A stretch of 64,000 nucleotides of DNA from a virus: the IMG/VR virus record IMGVR_UViG_3300002144_000620, positions 89,962-153,961 of that record. One strand, given 5' to 3'. A program made the position numbers and the translations under genes. The notes beneath the pieces were generated by a model. The model did no database searches, had not been told where the DNA came from, and worked only from the letters and a program-made list of their open reading frames with translations. Below are positions 59,364 to 64,000 of the stretch, piece by piece (the first letter of the stretch is position 1; each line of letters begins with the position of its first letter).

Positions 59364-62279
59364 ATGTCAAACATTATACTAAGATCAGGTCTATCAAGAC
59401 CTCTAACGCACAACGAATTAGACTCAAATTTTCAGTATTTAGAGATCACTAATTGGTCCGCTAAGGACTTCAAATCAGGTCAATTTGCATATATAACAGA
59501 AAATGATATAACATCATTATATTTATGTATAACAACACACACCTCATTCGTATATATTGGAAATAATAACCAATTTACTGAAGTTATAAACATAAACGGT
59601 ACCGATACTAGAATCTGGAGAAAAGTAGCTGGTGGTAGTGGTGGGGGTACTGGTGAAGAATTCGTTGACGCTAGTTTTAATGAAGGTACTTCTATATTAA
59701 CATTTACAACAGCTAACGGTGGTTCAGTTGCAGTAGATTTAAGTTCTTTGTCTGGCGGTACTAACGGTACATCTGGTATAGATGGTATTAACGGTGTTGA
59801 CGGTAATAACGGTACATCTGGTATAGATGGTATAGATGGTATTAACGGTGTTGACGGTAATAACGGAACTTCTGGCGTTTCATATGGTACATCAGGTATA
59901 GATGGTATAGACGGTACGTCAGGTATCTCTGGTATCGATGGTATTGACGGAGCTGATGGTACATCTGGTATCTCAGGTATTGACGGTACGTCAGGAATAA
60001 ATGGTATAGATGGAAACGATGGTACATCTGGTATCTCAGGTATTGACGGTACGTCAGGAATAAATGGTATAGACGGAACATCTGGTATAGCTGGGACATC
60101 TGGTATTGATGGTACGTCTGGTGTAAATGGTGATAGATATCAAACCACAACAGTAACACCACACATATTAGGTAACCCAGGAACTATAACAGTCGAAAAG
60201 TTTTTAGCTTACACACCAGCACAAACAATTTTAATTTCTTATGACTCAGCTAATTACCAAGAGTCTTTAGTTATAAATTACGACCCTATTACGGGTATAT
60301 TAGATTTTGATGCACCCTCATTAGTAGCTGGTGGTGGTTCATACCCAATACTTTACGTAAACTTAGCAGGCGCATCTGGTGGTAACGGAACTTCAGGTAT
60401 TGATGGTTTAGATGGAACCTCTGGAATAGATGGGACATCTGGTATTGATGGTTTAAACGGTACATCAGGAATAGATGGTACTTCAGGTATTAATGGTTTA
60501 GATGGAAATGATGGTGTTGACGGAACTTCAGGTATTGATGGAACCTCAGGAATAGATGGTATTGACGGAAACGATGGTACATCTGGTATCGATGGTGTTG
60601 ATGGAAATAACGGTTTAGACGGCACATCAGGAATAGATGGAACCTCTGGAATAAACGGTTTAGATGGTACTTCAGGTATTAACGGGATAGATGGAAACGA
60701 TGGTGCTGATGGTACATCGGGAATAGATGGTTTAAACGGTACCTCTGGTATTGATGGTACATCAGGAATAGATGGTATTGATGGAAACGATGGTTTAGAT
60801 GGAACTTCAGGTATTGATGGAACCTCTGGTATTGACGGAAATAACGGTTTAGATGGTACATCAGGAATAGATGGTATAGACGGAAATGACGGTACGTCAG
60901 GTATCTCTGGTATCGATGGTACTTCTGGAATAGATGGAGTTGACGGTACGTCAGGTATCTCTGGTATCGATGGTACATCAGGTATTGATGGAGTTGACGG
61001 TACGTCAGGAATAGACGGAAATGATGGTACATCAGGTATTGATGGTACTTCTGGTATTGATGGAATAGATGGTATAGATGGAAATGACGGTACATCAGGT
61101 ATCTCAGGTTTAGACGGTACGTCAGGTATCTCTGGTATCGATGGTACATCAGGTGTCTCAGGTATAGACGGTACATCAGGAATAGATGGTATTGATGGAA
61201 ACGATGGTACATCAGGTGTTGATGGTACATCAGGAATAGATGGGGTTGACGGAAATGATGGAACATCAGGTATCTCTGGTATCGATGGTACATCAGGAAT
61301 AGATGGTATTGACGGAAATGATGGAACATCAGGAATTAATGGTACATCTGGTATTGATGGTATTGATGGTATTGATGGTACTTCTGGAGTTGACGGAACT
61401 TCTGGAATAGATGGTATAGACGGAAATGATGGTACATCAGGTATTGATGGAACTTCAGGTATAGATGGAACTTCAGGTATAGATGGTATAGACGGTACGT
61501 CAGGTATCTCTGGTATTAATGGGGTTGATGGTACGTCAGGAATAGATGGAATAGACGGCTTAGACGGAACATCTGGAGTTAATGGTATTGACGGAACATC
61601 AGGAATTAATGGTACATCAGGTATCTCAGGTTTAGACGGCACATCTGGTATTGATGGAAACGATGGTTTAGACGGTACATCAGGAATTAATGGTATAGAT
61701 GGAACTTCAGGAGTTGACGGTACGTCTGGAATAGATGGAACCTCTGGTATTGATGGTTTAGATGGTACTTCAGGAGTTAATGGTATTGACGGAATCGCTG
61801 GAACAAGTGGTACTAGTGCCGCTGGTTCTGGAAGTAATGTTTATGTCGCTAGAGCAGAATTTGATGCAACACAAAGCTTAGTGGCGCTATTATTTGACGA
61901 TTGGTCTGGTATTGGTACCTATTTAACCGCAGGTACCACAGTTAGTAATTCAGGTTTCATATCCGAATTTGGGTTTACTAATGAAGTTACAGCACCTAAA
62001 TCAATTATAGCTTATGCTGCTAATACAGCAACCAACGAGTATATTGTAACACACCTAAACGGTGGCGGTGATAACTACAATTATAAAATCACTAGTTTTA
62101 GTTTCACATCATTTAGTTCACCATCTGGTCAAATAAACCAATATGATTCACCCATATTCACTAATTTTGGTGCCACATCAAAAATTTCAATAGATCTCGC
62201 TAAAGCGGGTTTTGATTGGAATAGAATAGGGTTCCCAACAGCTAAAGAAGCACATGTTTATATAGTGTTTAATTTTTAA
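59364..62279 (+). CDS. Collagen-like (Gly-X-Y) fibre protein
   Basis: N-terminal LR...PLTHNELDSNF fibre anchor-like motif, two Gly-X-Y blocks, globular C-terminus. Confidence 0.8.
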   Translation: MSNIILRSGLSRPLTHNELDSNFQYLEITNWSAKDFKSGQFAYITENDITSLYLCITTHTSFVYIGNNNQFTEVININGTDTRIWRKVAGGSGGGTGEEFVDASFNEGTSILTFTTANGGSVAVDLSSLSGGTNGTSGIDGINGVDGNNGTSGIDGIDGINGVDGNNGTSGVSYGTSGIDGIDGTSGISGIDGIDGADGTSGISGIDGTSGINGIDGNDGTSGISGIDGTSGINGIDGTSGIAGTSGIDGTSGVNGDRYQTTTVTPHILGNPGTITVEKFLAYTPAQTILISYDSANYQESLVINYDPITGILDFDAPSLVAGGGSYPILYVNLAGASGGNGTSGIDGLDGTSGIDGTSGIDGLNGTSGIDGTSGINGLDGNDGVDGTSGIDGTSGIDGIDGNDGTSGIDGVDGNNGLDGTSGIDGTSGINGLDGTSGINGIDGNDGADGTSGIDGLNGTSGIDGTSGIDGIDGNDGLDGTSGIDGTSGIDGNNGLDGTSGIDGIDGNDGTSGISGIDGTSGIDGVDGTSGISGIDGTSGIDGVDGTSGIDGNDGTSGIDGTSGIDGIDGIDGNDGTSGISGLDGTSGISGIDGTSGVSGIDGTSGIDGIDGNDGTSGVDGTSGIDGVDGNDGTSGISGIDGTSGIDGIDGNDGTSGINGTSGIDGIDGIDGTSGVDGTSGIDGIDGNDGTSGIDGTSGIDGTSGIDGIDGTSGISGINGVDGTSGIDGIDGLDGTSGVNGIDGTSGINGTSGISGLDGTSGIDGNDGLDGTSGINGIDGTSGVDGTSGIDGTSGIDGLDGTSGVNGIDGIAGTSGTSAAGSGSNVYVARAEFDATQSLVALLFDDWSGIGTYLTAGTTVSNSGFISEFGFTNEVTAPKSIIAYAANTATNEYIVTHLNGGGDNYNYKITSFSFTSFSSPSGQINQYDSPIFTNFGATSKISIDLAKAGFDWNRIGFPTAKEAHVYIVFNF
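59757..60137 (+). repeat. Gly-X-Y repeat block 1
   Basis: About 40 triplets (GTS, GID, GIN, GIS) with one register interruption. Confidence 0.9.
60369..61817 (+). repeat. Gly-X-Y repeat block 2
   Basis: About 160 consecutive triplets built from degenerate 9-bp units. Confidence 0.95.
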
Positions 62280-62316
62280 TAAACGATTTAAAGAATAAAA
62301 AAAGTACATAAAAGAC

Positions 62317-64000
62317 ATGTCGTATAAAATCACACCAATTACCCTTATAGCTAATATAACCAGTATGACAGGACTCCAATTATATGGAGAAACTGATGGT
62401 TCTGGATTACAGTCACAATATAAAACATATAACATAGTATTAAACTCCGTATCAACACAACAACATGCTGATGCATCCACAAGAGAACCTTTACTTTATA
62501 ACGGTTTGGACTTAAAGGCGGGTATGTTTATATCTGATGATGGTGGTAACGTAATATTACAAATTATATCAATATCAGATAAATCAGAAACACAATTAAC
62601 ATGTGTTTGTGAGGATGTTGATATGGTATCGTTCAGACTTAACAGTATTAACACAATTCCTGATAACGGATCTATTGTTTTATTCGATTTAAACCCAGAA
62701 GGTGAACCTATTATTGTTGGAGAACCATTTTTAACTGGTGCATTAGATAAAGTACAATCTAGATTTAGTTTAAACGAAAGAGATGATAGAGTTAAATTCA
62801 TACACAATTCAGCACCATTAGTTGAACCAGGTGATATCGTTACGATAGATTCTTCTGGTAATTTAATTAAATACGGTGTATCTGGTGGTTCAGAAATTAA
62901 AATAGGTGTTGTATTAGATAAATTAAGAAACGGTAAAGATATTTATGTAAAACCGTTTAATAATATCGTTAGAGACTTCAGTGAACCAGAGATTTTAAGT
63001 GGTAATCCAGGTGAAACTTATTACACTGACACCATTGTCGATGGTGCGATTACAACAACACCTGGCGGTAAAGCGGTTTTTTTACAATTAAATAATCCTA
63101 TACCAACAACACAAACTATCACATCAGCTACCCTACCAGGTAGTTCAGACGTCCTTACTATAAATGGTGTTACAATATTTAATGGCCCAACTGGTGATAC
63201 TGTTGTTGACCTAACTGGTTTTAGGGGTTTAATTAATACTTTTACTGGACAAACAAATGTAATTTCTACCATAGAGCAAACTCCAGCTATTGTTGACTCT
63301 GAATTAAATGGTGTTTTATATTCAGGTTCATGGGGTAGCAATGACATATTTATTCCACTTAACGCAATTGGTAGCCCACCACCAGCTAATTTCCCCGAAA
63401 TAACTATTTCAGATGGTGTTATTAGTGCAAATGTTGTATTTGATACGCCCGATGCAACAGCTATTGGTTATGATGTGTTATCCCCTACAGCTATAGCTGC
63501 GGCTATACAAGCTGTAATAACGGCTAATAGTTTAGACCTTATAGTAGAAACTTACACATCAACAACACATAACGGTGATGGTATAAGAATAAAAACAACT
63601 GGTTCAGCAACTGGTATAACACTAACTAACGTAACAGCAGATCCTTTTGGTGGGGATGTAATCGGAAGTACATCAAGCACTGGTATCAGTGCTAGTGGGA
63701 GTTTAGGTAATCCGTTATTGATTTTAACTAGACAATCTGGTGGTGAAATCGAAATTAGCGGTACACCATTATCAGGTAGTTATTTAAATCAAGGTGGTGT
63801 AGTATCATCAAACTCTGGTAGAGTACCATATTTAATGGTTGTTGAATCTGAAGGTGTTATAGGTACATCAGGTACCTCTGGTATCGATGGTATTGACGGT
63901 ACGTCAGGAATAGATGGTATTGACGGTACGTCAGGAATAGATGGTATTGACGGTACGTCAGGAATAGATGGTATTGACGGTACGTCAGGAATAGATGGTA
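62317..64000 (+). CDS. Second fibre/structural protein with Gly-X-Y repeats, 3'-truncated (absent from ORF track)
   Basis: ATG 62317 (MSYKITPITLIANITSMTG...), frame open to window end; GTSGIDGID repeats start near 63862. Confidence 0.85.
   Translation, partial: MSYKITPITLIANITSMTGLQLYGETDGSGLQSQYKTYNIVLNSVSTQQHADASTREPLLYNGLDLKAGMFISDDGGNVILQIISISDKSETQLTCVCEDVDMVSFRLNSINTIPDNGSIVLFDLNPEGEPIIVGEPFLTGALDKVQSRFSLNERDDRVKFIHNSAPLVEPGDIVTIDSSGNLIKYGVSGGSEIKIGVVLDKLRNGKDIYVKPFNNIVRDFSEPEILSGNPGETYYTDTIVDGAITTTPGGKAVFLQLNNPIPTTQTITSATLPGSSDVLTINGVTIFNGPTGDTVVDLTGFRGLINTFTGQTNVISTIEQTPAIVDSELNGVLYSGSWGSNDIFIPLNAIGSPPPANFPEITISDGVISANVVFDTPDATAIGYDVLSPTAIAAAIQAVITANSLDLIVETYTSTTHNGDGIRIKTTGSATGITLTNVTADPFGGDVIGSTSSTGISASGSLGNPLLILTRQSGGEIEISGTPLSGSYLNQGGVVSSNSGRVPYLMVVESEGVIGTSGTSGIDGIDGTSGIDGIDGTSGIDGIDGTSGIDGIDGTSGIDG
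63889..64000 (+). repeat. Perfect 27-bp tandem repeat x4+
   Basis: GGTATTGACGGTACGTCAGGAATAGAT repeated exactly to the window end. Confidence 0.95.

Noticed and set aside
60353-61642. 429-aa Pro-rich minus-strand ORF and other antisense ORFs over the fibre gene
   Set aside because: Shadow of the Gly-X-Y repeat: antisense of GGN codons gives Pro and few stops.
658-63347. Numerous short minus-strand and nested ORFs in the ORF track
   Set aside because: Fully overlap long plus-strand genes with recognisable motifs and lack their own signals; only 55814-56233 is retained.
1-64000. Eukaryotic giant-virus origin (eukaryote-like RNR, collagen repeats, TATA-like motif)
   Set aside because: gp25/gp6 baseplate, peptidoglycan hydrolases, sigma70, intrinsic terminators and overlapping operonic genes indicate a bacteriophage.
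1-64000. tRNA, ncRNA or alternative genetic code
   Set aside because: Intergenic gaps are short and explained by terminators and promoters; no cloverleaf seen; genes are intact under the standard code.

Overview
Very AT-rich, densely coding 64 kb segment of a large (jumbo-type) tailed dsDNA phage with T4-like core modules; about 60 genes, all but one on the + strand. Order: partial tail-associated double peptidoglycan hydrolase; acidic putative head proteins; replication/recombination block (gp32-like SSB, UvsX/RecA, RNase H/flap nuclease, gp41/DnaB helicase, NrdB, NrdA); about 24 kb baseplate/tail block (gp25-like, gp6-like, 2478-aa wedge-like protein, tail-collar paralogs); RuvC-like resolvase, primase, PD-(D/E)XK nuclease, SbcD/SbcC, sigma70; a putative late/lysis operon (ArdC-like protein, membrane protein, degenerate amidase, spanin-like pair); more acidic proteins, a methyltransferase, ClpP; and two fibres with proline-free Gly-X-Y repeats. 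TTTG-N20-TAnnTTTG promoters, A-rich leaders without Shine-Dalgarno, and the sigma and ClpP sequence types point to a Bacteroidota host. A second motif, TATTTAT, sits at the start of most structural operons. The best leads are all hypotheses: (i) a shared I/L-x-E propeptide-like tag that may load cargo, including an ArdC-like anti-defence protein, into the capsid; (ii) an orphan DUF1778/TacA-like antitoxin motif inserted between sbcD and sbcC; (iii) an [S/T]-G-x-T motif enriched in virion proteins together with acidic G-T-S collagen-like fibres, suggesting virion glycosylation. All family calls come from motif recognition by eye, not database searches.
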